This document shows, one piece after another, positions 1-9,491 of a stretch of 61,986 bases of DNA (the stretch's first letter is position 1; each line of letters opens with the position of its first letter). The notes beneath the pieces were generated by a model that saw only the letters and a list, made by a program, of their open reading frames with translations, was not told the origin of the DNA and searched no databases. Source of the DNA: Gemmatimonadota bacterium (GTDB taxonomy: Bacteria > Gemmatimonadota > Gemmatimonadetes > Palauibacterales > Palauibacteraceae); NCBI GenBank assembly GCA_039588275.1, contig JBDHAC010000015.1, positions 1 through 61,986 on the forward strand, read 5' to 3'. The translations under genes and the position numbers were made by a program.

Positions 1-298
1 CTCGCGCCGTGGCTCGAGAGTGTCCGCTATCTACACGTCGAACGTGGAGTTCTACCTGTTCCGGTCGCGATCCTTCGTCCGCTTCATAGACAACCTTCGC
101 CAGCTGCCGATCGACGACCGCACCGTCATCATCCGCAGCGTATTCCACGCGCTCCGGGGTCCACACCCGCGGGCGGCGCCCGGGTACTACAGCACGCAAC
201 TGCTCCAGAGCGCCGAGATCCTCTTGCAGCGGATCGATGACGGGGCGTACCGCGACTATTGGGATGTCGTCACGCGAGACGTCCTGGTGGGCCGCTGA
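1..298 (+). CDS. Hypothetical protein, C-terminal part (runs off the left edge)
   Basis: Frame open from the window edge; ...SAIYTSNVEFYLF...YRDYWDVVT; stop TGA 296-298. Confidence 0.65.
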   Translation, partial: SRRGSRVSAIYTSNVEFYLFRSRSFVRFIDNLRQLPIDDRTVIIRSVFHALRGPHPRAAPGYYSTQLLQSAEILLQRIDDGAYRDYWDVVTRDVLVGR

Positions 299-391
299 GG
301 GAGTGCGCGGCCCGCTCGAGCTTCCCGGACCTGGCAGGTTCCTGAGCGCCGCGCCGGAATCACGCGTCCGCGGGGCTGGCGTCGCGCCGAC

Positions 392-1861
392 CTACGCGGG
401 AAGCCGCCTACCCAGCTCGAGGGCGACGGACACGAGTGACTGCCGCCAACCCGTGAGCAGGCTGCGTCGGTACGCGTCCGCCGTCCGTCGCACCGCCTCG
501 CTCATCGTGGGGTAGGGGTGCACCAGGGCGGAAAGCGCGTCGAGCTTCAGGCCCTGCTGCATGGCGAGCGCGACTTCGACGATCATGGTTCCGGCGGACG
601 GTGCCAGGATGTGTCCCCCGAGGATCCGGCCCCGCCGATCGGTGAGCACCTTCACGCAGCCGACCGCGGCGCGATCGGCGACCGCTCGGTCCAGTTGACG
701 GAGGTCATACGTAAACGCCCGGACTTCGTCACCATGCCGCTCCCGAGCCTCTGCCTCCGTCAGACCGACATGCGCCAGCTCGGGGTCCGTGAACGTGCAC
801 CATGGGATCACGTCGTACCGCACCCGCGCCGATCCCGGGAACAGGGCGTTGCGCACCACCGTCCGGGCCTCGTGATCCGCGACGTGCGTGAACAGGTACC
901 CCCCCGTGACATCTCCCGCGGCGAAGATGTGGTTCTGAGACGTGCGCAGGCGGTCGTCCACGAGCACGCCCTGCCGGTCGACGAGCACGCCCGCCTCCTC
1001 GAGATCCAGATCCTCCACGTTGGGCCTGCGCCCGGTGGCCACCAGCACCTCGGCCGCCTCGATCACCTCCCCGTTTCCAGCGTCGGCACCCCCCCCGTCG
1101 GTTGACAGCCTGGCCACTCCATCCGCCCCACGCTCGACCCGTGTCACACGCCTTCCGGTGAGGATTCGAACCCCGGCCGCCTCGAGGACGACCCGCAAAC
1201 GGGCCGCGATCTCCGGCTCCTCGCGAAACAGGATCTCGTCCAGCATCTCCACGACCGTCACCCGCCTCCCCAAACGCGCGTACGCCTGGGCGAACTCGAT
1301 CCCGATCGCGCCTCCCCCGATGATTGCCACCGACTGGGGTATGGTGTCCCGATCGAAGGCCGTCTCGTGCGTGTAATACCCAGCCTCCGTGAGTCCTTCG
1401 ATCGGTGGGACGGCCGCGCGCGAGCCCGTGGCGATCACGAACCGACGCGCCCGGAGCCGTCGGCCCTTCACCTCGACCTCGTGCGGCGAAGCGAAGCGCG
1501 CCGCCCCCTCGATCACATCCACGCCCATGGCTCGGAAGCGCGCCGGGTCATCGTGCGGTTGGATGAGCGCGCGCACCTCGCGCACGCTCTCGAGCACGCG
1601 GGCAGCATCGACGTCCGGCTCCGAAGCTCCGATCCCGAATGCGCCCGCGTTGCGGAACGCGTGTGCGATTCGTGCGGAGCCGATGAGAGCCTTGCTCGGG
1701 ACGCAACCCGTCCACAGGCATTCTCCACCCAGACGATCCCGCTCGATGAGCGCCACACGGGCACCCAGACCCGCGCTACCGGCGGCGGTGACGAGACCGG
1801 CGGTTCCCCCTCCGATCACGACGATGTCGTACTTGCCCGGGCCGGTGTCATGGCCTTTCAT
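392..1861 (-). CDS. Class-I pyridine nucleotide-disulfide oxidoreductase (MerA/LpdA-like, no MerA C-terminal CC)
   Basis: Start reassigned to ATG 1861 (MKGHDTGPGKYDIVVIGGGTAG); redox motif GGECLWTGCVPSK; GGGAIG; AAGDV; HPYPTMSE. Confidence 0.9.
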   Translation of the reverse strand: MKGHDTGPGKYDIVVIGGGTAGLVTAAGSAGLGARVALIERDRLGGECLWTGCVPSKALIGSARIAHAFRNAGAFGIGASEPDVDAARVLESVREVRALIQPHDDPARFRAMGVDVIEGAARFASPHEVEVKGRRLRARRFVIATGSRAAVPPIEGLTEAGYYTHETAFDRDTIPQSVAIIGGGAIGIEFAQAYARLGRRVTVVEMLDEILFREEPEIAARLRVVLEAAGVRILTGRRVTRVERGADGVARLSTDGGGADAGNGEVIEAAEVLVATGRRPNVEDLDLEEAGVLVDRQGVLVDDRLRTSQNHIFAAGDVTGGYLFTHVADHEARTVVRNALFPGSARVRYDVIPWCTFTDPELAHVGLTEAEARERHGDEVRAFTYDLRQLDRAVADRAAVGCVKVLTDRRGRILGGHILAPSAGTMIVEVALAMQQGLKLDALSALVHPYPTMSEAVRRTADAYRRSLLTGWRQSLVSVALELGRRLPA

Positions 1862-2058
1862 CGAACACCCCCAGCGTGGATGGTTTGACCGCTCGAAGGT
1901 CGGGCTGCGGAACAAGCGCAGCAACCGCCCGGTTGTGTGAACGGAATCGTGGGCTGAGCGAGGGAGGCGCGTCCGCTCGGCGCGGGGCCTGCTGCCCTCC
2001 GCCGTGCGGTACCCTCCTGCGCCCCATCGCCGCGAGGGCGAGCGCGGGGTATCGTAGC

Positions 2059-2117
2059 GCGCGTTCGGCGCGTTCGGCGCGTTCGGCGCGGGCGACGCGG
2101 GCGGCGCGGGCGACGCG
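2059..2117. repeat. Degenerate 9-bp tandem repeat (about 6.5 copies of RCGCG[TT/GG]CG)
   Basis: gcgcgttcg x3, then gcgcgggcg/acgcgggcg/gcgcgggcg/acgcg, in a divergent intergenic region. Confidence 0.8.
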
Positions 2118-2144
2118 CAGGTGCCAGCGGCGTTAGGAGATGCA

Positions 2145-3251
2145 ATGCGGAACCGGCGCACCAGACGCGGGCAGATCGCTCGGAGTCGGCACATCGCCCC
2201 GAGCCGGAAGGCCGGGCGGTGGCGACGGAGCTTGACGGTGGCTCTCGCATCGCTGGTCGGCGTCAACGCCACCGCGATCGCACAAGCACCTGCCGAGGAC
2301 GACCCGGAGGCGTTCGACGAGGGTCGAGCCTACATCGTCGACGAGACGGTCTTCGTCCCCTTCCGTCCGACCGAGGACGACCTGCAACCCTTACGTGCAG
2401 CTCTCTATGAGGGCGCCCTCCAGCCCGATACCTGGCTCTTCATCATGGAACACGACGCCGGACGGCTCGCGCTCGTGATGGATCAGATGGCCTACCATCA
2501 CGTCGCCCAGGGGGAGCTGAAGGGCGAGCCCTGGATGGTCTCCTTCTGAGTGGTCTGCAATACGGGGGTCAGTTTGACTCCCACGATCGACGGAGAGCTG
2601 TATCACTTCGAGTCTCGCGGCCTGTACGACGGAGTCTCGATCCTGTGGGACGAGGAGACGGGGTCGATTTGGCACCATGTCACCGGGCGCGCGATGAACG
2701 GCCCGATGGCGGGTACCGAGATGCAGACGTTCAACGCCCTCCAGATGACAGTAGAGGCGGCGCTCGGTGCCTACCCCGATCTCGAGGTCGCGATTTCCGA
2801 CCGCCCGATTCGACGGGGCGACCAGCGATCGGTCGACCGCGATATGGAGTTGGGCGAGCGCTTCCGGGCGACCATGGCGGAGGAGGACACGAGGCGCCCG
2901 ACGATGGAGATCGGGATCGGGATCTGGGATGAGAGCACGGGGCTGAGCCGCTATTACCCGCTCGAGGCGATCCGAGAAGCGGGAAACGCCCTGATCGACG
3001 ATTTCGGACCCGACCGCGTGCTGATCCACCTGGATCCTCTCACGGTCACGCCTCTCGCGATGTTCACGTCCGCTTCATCGGCTGAGTGGGATGGGGATGC
3101 CCTCCGGCTGGATACGGGAGGCGTCATTTGGGACGGCCTGCTGTATGCTACGGACGGCCAGGACCGGGAAATCCGGCGCCCACTGCAGCTGTTCACCCGC
3201 TGGTACGGTTGGGCGCTGATGTTCCCGGACACGGAGATCTGGGGACCCTGA
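2145..3251 (+). CDS. DUF3179-family secreted protein, probable selenoprotein (in-frame UGA 2547-2549, U-V-V-C)
   Basis: RBS AGGAGA 2135-2140, ATG 2145, signal peptide; ORFs 2121-2549 and 2550-3251 are in frame; reads WMVSF-U-VVCNTG; also HHVAQ, LWDEETGSIW and FTRWYGW motifs. Confidence 0.85.
2550..2591 (+). promoter_or_regulatory. Putative bacterial SECIS hairpin
   Basis: GGGGGTCA-GTT-TGACTCCC (2564-2582): 8-bp stem with one G-U pair and a G-led loop about 22 nt after UGA; possible lower stem 2550-2555/2585-2591. Confidence 0.65.
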
Positions 3252-3494
3252 CCCGGGTACCGTCGGTCGGATGATCCTTGCACGTTCCGTCACTTCATGC
3301 ACCCGCCCCTGACGCCTACGCTCGCGACCCGCGCCTGAGATAGCGATGGTGAAGTTGTAACACGTTGTCTGCACAGGTGTTACGTCGATCGGCCACAGGC
3401 CGGATAGGTCGGCGGTCACTGGTTCAGAAGTTGCTCCTCCCGGCGAAGGCCTGGGAGCGATGGCTCCCCGGCCCAACTAGCCGCCGGGACGAGC

Positions 3495-5756
3495 ATGAAC
3501 CCGATCTGGAGCAACCACGCACTGCGCCTCCCGTCCCCGCGTCGGACCCGATCCGCGGTCGGGCGCGCCGGTCCTCGGTCACGGGCCGCGCTGGGGTTCG
3601 GGCTCACTATATCGGCAATCCTGGTGGGTGGCTGCGGTTCCGACTCCGGCGGACCGATCGCTCCGCCCTCGCCTCCTTTACAGCCCGCGAGGGTCGCGGT
3701 CAACGGCGGCAACACGCAGACGGCGCTCGTCGGTACACCGGTCCAGACGCCCCCCAGCGTTCGGATCTCGTCCTCCGACGGCGCCCCCCTACCTGGCGTC
3801 ACGGTGCGCTTCGAGGTGGTCGTGGGGGGCGGCAGCGTCGCCGGATCTCCCGCCGTAAGTGACGCGGACGGCGTAGCGATCCTCGAGCGCTGGACCCTAG
3901 GCACCGGGGCCGGGAGGAACGAGCTCCGCGCGACTGTTGCGGGCGCGACCGCCGTCAGCTTCGAGGCCATCGCGACGCCGGGCGGGGCCAAAGCCGTGGT
4001 GGCGATGCAGGGGGGTGGACAAACGGCCGCCGCCGGCTCCACGGTTCCGATCAACCCAGCGGTGGCCGTGCGCGACACGTTTGCCAACCCGGTCCCCGGC
4101 GTGACGGTCGTATTCAGCGTGGAGCAGGGTGGTGGGGGTGTTACCGGTGCCCGGGCGACGAGCGATTCCGCCGGAGTGGCGGCCGTCGGGGGGTGGACGC
4201 TGGGTCCCGCTTCGGGCGAGCACCACCTGATCGCCCGCGTACCAGGGCTGCCGTCGATCACCTTCAGCGCTATAGCCGCCGCAGGTGCGGCGGCAAACGC
4301 GGCGGCCGCGGCCGGGGATGGTCAGACAGCGTCGGTCGGGACGCTGGTCTCCGTGCCTCCGGCGGTGCGCGTGGCCGACCAAAACGGCAACCCCGTGGCG
4401 GAGATCGAAGTGACCTTCTCGGTCGCCGCGGGGGGTGGAAGTGTCACGGGCGCCACGACGAGCACCGATGGTGCAGGGATCGCGACGGTAGGCGGGTGGG
4501 AGCTCGGAACGACCCCCGGACCGAACACGCTGACCGCGACGGCGGCGGGCCTCACCGAAAGTGCGGTGAGCTTCGACGCGACGGCCACCGCGGGACCCGC
4601 GGCCTCGGTGACGCCCGCGGCCGGGGAAGGCCAGTCCGCCGCCGCCGGGACGCAGGTCTCCATCGACCCCGCCGTGCGGGTCACCGATGCTTTCGGGAAC
4701 CCGGTCTCGGGCGCAAGCGTGGTGTTCGCGGTCACGTCCGGCGGCGGAAGCGTCACGGGAGCGAACCGGAACACCACCTCGTCCGGGTTCGCGACGGTGG
4801 GGAGTTGGACCCTGGGCGCCACTCCAGGTGCGAACAGCCTGACTGCGACCGTGGCCGGCGGCTCGATCGCCGGTAACCCCGTCATCTTCAATGCCACAGG
4901 AACCGGAGACGGCCCGGCCTCGGGTTACGACATCGTCGTTCGCTTCAACGCGGGATCCGTCCCGACGGCCGCGCAACAGGGAGCGTTCGATGCCGCGGAG
5001 GACAGGTGGGAGGAGGTCGTGATCGGGGATCTGCCCGACGTTCCCGTCGACCGCCCGACCGGGACCTGTTCGTCGACCTCCCCCATCAACGAGACGGTGG
5101 ACGACCTCCTGATCTTGGTCACCCTGGAGGCGATCGACGGGCCTGGCGGGGTGCTGGGCTCCGCCGGGCCGTGCCTGATCCGTTCGGGCAGCGACCTGCC
5201 ACTGGCGGGGAGCATGCGGTTCGACACGGCCGATCTGACAGGGTTGGAGTCGAGCGGCCTTCTCGAGGAAGTCGTATTGCACGAGATGGGACACGTGCTG
5301 GGGGTCGGGAGCCTGTGGAGGCGGTTCGGCTTCCTCGCCGATCCATCTCAGTCCGGAGGAGTGGACCCTCATTTCACCGGAGCACAGGCTATCGCCGCCT
5401 TCAACGCCCTGGGAGGCTCGGGATACACGGGGGCAAAGGTGCCCGTCGAGGACACGGGAGGCTCGGGCACCGCGGATGCGCATTGGCGCGAGACAATCTT
5501 CGACAAGGAAGTCATGACCGGGTGGATCGACGCCGGGACGAACCCGCTGAGCGCCGTCACGGTCTCATCGCTTTCCGACCACGGGTACACGACCGACCCG
5601 GATTCCTCCGAACCGTTGAGCCTGTCGTTCAGCTTGTCGATCGTACCACGCTCGAGGGCGTCGCCGAGCGCCGTGCTACTGGTCGATGACGTGGCACACG
5701 GTCCCATCGAGGTGGTAGACAGCCGCGGTCGAACCGAGCGGATCCTCCAAGAATAG
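3495..5756 (+). CDS. Lipoprotein with about four bacterial Ig-like (Big-1) repeats and a C-terminal leishmanolysin (M8)-like zinc metalloprotease
   Basis: Lipobox-like VGGC; repeated G(D/N)GQ.A..GT.V...PAVRV.D..GNPV...V.F.V..GGGSVTG...WTLG; HEMGHVLG; distal HWRE...EVMTG. Confidence 0.85.
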   Translation: MNPIWSNHALRLPSPRRTRSAVGRAGPRSRAALGFGLTISAILVGGCGSDSGGPIAPPSPPLQPARVAVNGGNTQTALVGTPVQTPPSVRISSSDGAPLPGVTVRFEVVVGGGSVAGSPAVSDADGVAILERWTLGTGAGRNELRATVAGATAVSFEAIATPGGAKAVVAMQGGGQTAAAGSTVPINPAVAVRDTFANPVPGVTVVFSVEQGGGGVTGARATSDSAGVAAVGGWTLGPASGEHHLIARVPGLPSITFSAIAAAGAAANAAAAAGDGQTASVGTLVSVPPAVRVADQNGNPVAEIEVTFSVAAGGGSVTGATTSTDGAGIATVGGWELGTTPGPNTLTATAAGLTESAVSFDATATAGPAASVTPAAGEGQSAAAGTQVSIDPAVRVTDAFGNPVSGASVVFAVTSGGGSVTGANRNTTSSGFATVGSWTLGATPGANSLTATVAGGSIAGNPVIFNATGTGDGPASGYDIVVRFNAGSVPTAAQQGAFDAAEDRWEEVVIGDLPDVPVDRPTGTCSSTSPINETVDDLLILVTLEAIDGPGGVLGSAGPCLIRSGSDLPLAGSMRFDTADLTGLESSGLLEEVVLHEMGHVLGVGSLWRRFGFLADPSQSGGVDPHFTGAQAIAAFNALGGSGYTGAKVPVEDTGGSGTADAHWRETIFDKEVMTGWIDAGTNPLSAVTVSSLSDHGYTTDPDSSEPLSLSFSLSIVPRSRASPSAVLLVDDVAHGPIEVVDSRGRTERILQE

Positions 5757-5940
5757 CCGCTAAGCCTTCGCGCGCCCCCGGCCGCGCGCGCCCCCGACTC
5801 GGAAACTCGGCGTCCCTCCTCCGCGTAGAGGCAAGGGCCCGGAACGGGCTGCGGGGCGGGTCCCGATGGCCTGGTACATGGTCGCCGGAGCCACCCCCGG
5901 TTCCTTGCAGAGTCACGCGAAAGCCGGTTAGCTTCGGACC

Positions 5941-7200
5941 GTGTCGAATCTCACGTCCAACACCGCCAGACAGCCGTCGAGCGCACCCTCGCCGCGAGCA
6001 TCCGCCGCGTCGGACCCGACGCACATCTTCGCCAAGTGCCGCGCGTTCATGCGCGCGCGGGAAGTGCGCGAGCTCGGGCTGTACCCCTACTTCATGCCGA
6101 TCGAGGAATCACACGACACCTACGTGATGATCGGGGGCGAGAAGAAGATCATGGTCGGCTCCAACAACTACATGGGGTTGACGCACGATCCTCGCATCCT
6201 GGAGGCGTCGAAGAAGGCGATCGACAGGTACGGGAGCGGCAACACCGGCAGCCGGTTCCTGAACGGCAATCTGGATCTGCACGATCGGTTGGAGGACGAG
6301 CTCGCGGCGTTCGTCGGGATGGAGGCCGGACTGGTCTTCAGCACCGGATACCAGACGAACCTCGGGACCCTGGGAGCCCTGATCGGGCGCAACGATAGCG
6401 TCTACGTCGACAAGCTGGACCATGCCAGCATCCAGGACGGAGTGCGTCTGGGGTTCGGCCGGGTGCACCGGTTCAATCACGGCGACTACGACGGTCTCCG
6501 GCGCATGATGCAGGCGGACAGGCCCGGCCGGGGCAAGATGATCGCGGTCGATGGCGTGTACAGCATGGAGGGCGACATCGCGAACCTCCCCGAGCTCGTG
6601 AAGCTCAAGGACGAATTCGGGGCCGCGCTGCTGATCGATGATGCGCACGCGATGGGCGTAATCGGACCGACGGGCGCCGGAACGGCCGAGCATTGGGGCC
6701 TGACCGATCGCACGGACCTCATCCTGGGGACGTTCAGCAAGTCGTTCGCTTCGATCGGGGGATTCTGCGCGGGCGAGGCGGAGGTGATCGATTATCTTCG
6801 CAACAACGCCCGCGCCCTGATCTTCAGCGCCAGCATGCCACCCGCCGCCGTGGCCACCGTCCTGACGGCGCTCGAGATCATCAAGAGCGAGCCGGAGCGA
6901 CGCGAGCGGCTGTGGAAGAACACCCACAAGATGATGGAGGGTTTTCGATCGATCGGGTTCGACATCGGACCGACCGAGACGCCCATCGTGCCGATCCTGG
7001 TCGGCCCGATGGAGAAGACTTTCCGGTTCTGGAGAGCGCTGTTCGATGCCGGAATCTTCACCAATCCCGTCATCCCCCCTGCGGTCCCCGAAGGGAGCTG
7101 CCGCCTACGCACCAGCTACATGGCGACTCACACGGATGAGCAGCTCGATTTCGTGTTGGACACGGTCGAGCGATTCGCAAAACAGCTCGACATCATCTAG
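5941..7200 (+). CDS. spt: Serine palmitoyltransferase (alpha-oxoamine synthase family)
   Basis: GSNNYMGL, GSRFLNG, FSTGYQTNLG, DKLDHAS, DDAH, PLP-Lys motif GTFSKSFAS (SPT type); ceramide-synthesis-like neighbours. Confidence 0.8.
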   Translation: MSNLTSNTARQPSSAPSPRASAASDPTHIFAKCRAFMRAREVRELGLYPYFMPIEESHDTYVMIGGEKKIMVGSNNYMGLTHDPRILEASKKAIDRYGSGNTGSRFLNGNLDLHDRLEDELAAFVGMEAGLVFSTGYQTNLGTLGALIGRNDSVYVDKLDHASIQDGVRLGFGRVHRFNHGDYDGLRRMMQADRPGRGKMIAVDGVYSMEGDIANLPELVKLKDEFGAALLIDDAHAMGVIGPTGAGTAEHWGLTDRTDLILGTFSKSFASIGGFCAGEAEVIDYLRNNARALIFSASMPPAAVATVLTALEIIKSEPERRERLWKNTHKMMEGFRSIGFDIGPTETPIVPILVGPMEKTFRFWRALFDAGIFTNPVIPPAVPEGSCRLRTSYMATHTDEQLDFVLDTVERFAKQLDII

Positions 7201-7286
7201 CGGCCGGTGAGGGCCGCCCACCTGACCGTGACCGCAGCCCGACGCTCTCTCGTTCGCTCTATCTCGCGCTCGACGTCTCACCGTCC

Positions 7287-8423
7287 GTGATGAGCACCGC
7301 GGACCTCCCCGTCCGGGTCGTGCCGGTCGACAGTCGTGCGCAGCTGAAGGCGTTCATCGAGCTGCCGTGGTCCATCTATCGAGATGACCCGAACTGGGTG
7401 CCGCCCCTGAAGAGCGACGTTCGGACGGCGTTCGACCCTGAGAAGCACCCGTTCCATCAGCATTCCGAGGCACAGCCCTTCCTCGCCCTCAGGGGCGAGC
7501 GCCCGGTAGGGCGGATCTGCGCGATTCGAAACCGGAACCACGAGGCATTCCACGAGGAGCCGACCGGATTCTTCGGGTGGTTCGAAGGCATCGAGGATCC
7601 TCGCGTCTCGGCGGCTCTATTCGATCGAGTCTCGGAATGGCTTCGCGAGCGCGGGCTCACGACCATGCGAGGGCCGACGAGCTTCTCGACCAACGAAACG
7701 ACCGGTTTCTTCCTGGACGGGGACGACGGTCCGCCCGTCTTGATGATGGCGTATAACCCGCGCTACTACCCCGGCCTGGTCGAGGAGTACGGGTTCGAGA
7801 AGGCGATGGACCTGTTTGCGTACCAGCTGCAGATGTTCGAGCTGCCCGCGCCGCTCGCGCGGGCCGCGGCCGCGATCGAACGGCGCCTGGGGGTGCGCAT
7901 CCGGAAAATCCGCATGTCCGACTTCGAATCAGAGCTGGCCACGGTCCGGCGTTTGTACAACCTGGCCTGGGAGAAGAACTGGGGCTTCGTGCCGATGACG
8001 GATGCCGAGTTCGATTTCATGGCGTCGGAGCTGAAGCCGATCATCAACCCCAACCTGGTTCTCTTCGCCGAGGACGCCGCTGGTGAGCCGATCGGCTTCT
8101 GCCTCGGTCTGCCGGACTTCAATCAAGTCCTGATTCGCATGAACGGTCGGCTGTTCCCGTTCGGCGTCTTCAAGGCGCTCTGGTATCGCCGCGGCGTGAA
8201 GTTCATGCGGGTGCCGTTGCTGGGTGTGGTGCCCGCGTACCAGGGGAAAGGAGTCGACGTGCTCCTCTACGGCGGCATCATTCGCGAGGGCACGGCCGCC
8301 GGGTTCTGCAACGCCGAGCAGTCTTGGATCCTGGAGACGAACGAAAAGATGAACGCGATCATGACGACGCGGCTCGGGGCTCGTGTATACCGCCGATACC
8401 GAGTCTACGACTGCCCGCTCTAG
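7287..8423 (+). CDS. Double-GNAT N-acyltransferase, bacterial ceramide synthase (bCerS/YghO)-like
   Basis: FIELPWSIYRDDPNWVPPL, GFFGWFE, MRGP, YNPRYY, YNLAWEKNWGFVPMT, EQSWILETN; directly after spt. Confidence 0.75.
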   Translation: MMSTADLPVRVVPVDSRAQLKAFIELPWSIYRDDPNWVPPLKSDVRTAFDPEKHPFHQHSEAQPFLALRGERPVGRICAIRNRNHEAFHEEPTGFFGWFEGIEDPRVSAALFDRVSEWLRERGLTTMRGPTSFSTNETTGFFLDGDDGPPVLMMAYNPRYYPGLVEEYGFEKAMDLFAYQLQMFELPAPLARAAAAIERRLGVRIRKIRMSDFESELATVRRLYNLAWEKNWGFVPMTDAEFDFMASELKPIINPNLVLFAEDAAGEPIGFCLGLPDFNQVLIRMNGRLFPFGVFKALWYRRGVKFMRVPLLGVVPAYQGKGVDVLLYGGIIREGTAAGFCNAEQSWILETNEKMNAIMTTRLGARVYRRYRVYDCPL

Positions 8424-8540
8424 CTCCGTCCCGTCCTCGGATAATGCCCACCGCAAAACAACTTTACCCCACCGCTTTACCGACCGAGCCGCCGGACGGG
8501 TCAGGGTGGGAGGGGCCGTGGTGACGACAGGACGGGCCCT

Positions 8541-9491
8541 CTGAGCGCGCGCACGCTCCTGACCGGGGCCACCGGGTTTCTCGGAGGACACATCGCGGTC
8601 GCTCTCGCGCGAGGGGGTGCGCCGGTACGGTGCGCCGTCCGGAGCACGAGCGACACCGGCTGGATCGATCCCCTGGGCGTCGAGAAGGTCGAACTGGATC
8701 TCCGACGGCCCGCGGGGTCCGCGGCCGAAGCGTTGCGGGGGATCGAGACGGTCGTGCACTGCGGCGGGGTGACGGCGGTCCGACGCGAGGCCGACTTCCA
8801 CGCGGTGAATACCGAAGGTACCGAGCGGCTCGCGCGGTCGGCCGCGGAAGCCGGCGTGCGCAGACTCGTGTTCATCAGCAGCCTGGCCGCGCGAGGCCCC
8901 GACGGACACGAGGGCCCGGTCAGCGCCTATGGACGCAGCAAGCGGGACGCCGAGGAGCGACTTCTGGCGCTTGCAGATCGACTGGAAGTCGTGATTCTGA
9001 GACCGGGCGGGGTATACGGCCCTCGGGACAGGGACCTGCTGCCGATGTTTGGGATGGCAAAGCGAGGGTTCGTGATCGGTCCGCGCGCCGACGTGAAGTT
9101 GCAGCCTGTGTTCGTCGAGGATGTTGCCGAGGCGGTCGTGCGGGCCGTGAGCTGCGACCCCGCACCTGGCCCGTTGCCGCTCGCCGAAACCGCGACCTAC
9201 GGGTGGAAGGAAGTCGCCCGCAGCCTGGCCGAGGGTCTCGAGCGACCGGTCAAGATGATCCGGCTGCCGTTCGCGGTCTTCTGGACCGGCGGCCTCCTGG
9301 GGGAGCTGAACGGGCGCCTCACCCGCAAGCCGCCACTCATGGACCGGCGTCGCGCCCGCGACTTCTCCAGCTATTCCTGGACGTGCGACCCCGCCCGCAC
9401 CGAGACCGCACTCGACTGGACGGCCCGAGTCACGTTGCCGGAAGGATTGAAGCGAACGGCGCGCTGGTACAGGGAGAGCGGTTGGCTATGA
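8541..9491 (+). CDS. NAD(P)-dependent epimerase/atypical SDR, candidate ceramide reductase (CerR-like); start codon uncertain (CTG 8541)
   Basis: Extending ORF 8733-9491 upstream in frame gives LLTGATGFLGGHI; ISSLAA, YGRSK, LRPGGVYGP; no ATG/GTG/TTG in frame between TAA 8442 and the Rossmann motif. Confidence 0.8.
   Translation: MSARTLLTGATGFLGGHIAVALARGGAPVRCAVRSTSDTGWIDPLGVEKVELDLRRPAGSAAEALRGIETVVHCGGVTAVRREADFHAVNTEGTERLARSAAEAGVRRLVFISSLAARGPDGHEGPVSAYGRSKRDAEERLLALADRLEVVILRPGGVYGPRDRDLLPMFGMAKRGFVIGPRADVKLQPVFVEDVAEAVVRAVSCDPAPGPLPLAETATYGWKEVARSLAEGLERPVKMIRLPFAVFWTGGLLGELNGRLTRKPPLMDRRRARDFSSYSWTCDPARTETALDWTARVTLPEGLKRTARWYRESGWL

Noticed and set aside
392..1861. merA (mercuric reductase)
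   Set aside because: No C-terminal Cys-Cys pair, no N-terminal HMA domain and no mer genes nearby.
2059..2117. CRISPR array
   Set aside because: Contiguous 9-bp units with no spacers and no cas genes.
5941..7200. bioF or kbl annotation
   Set aside because: The GTFSKS motif and the GNAT/SDR neighbours fit Spt better; no bio or tdh genes are present.
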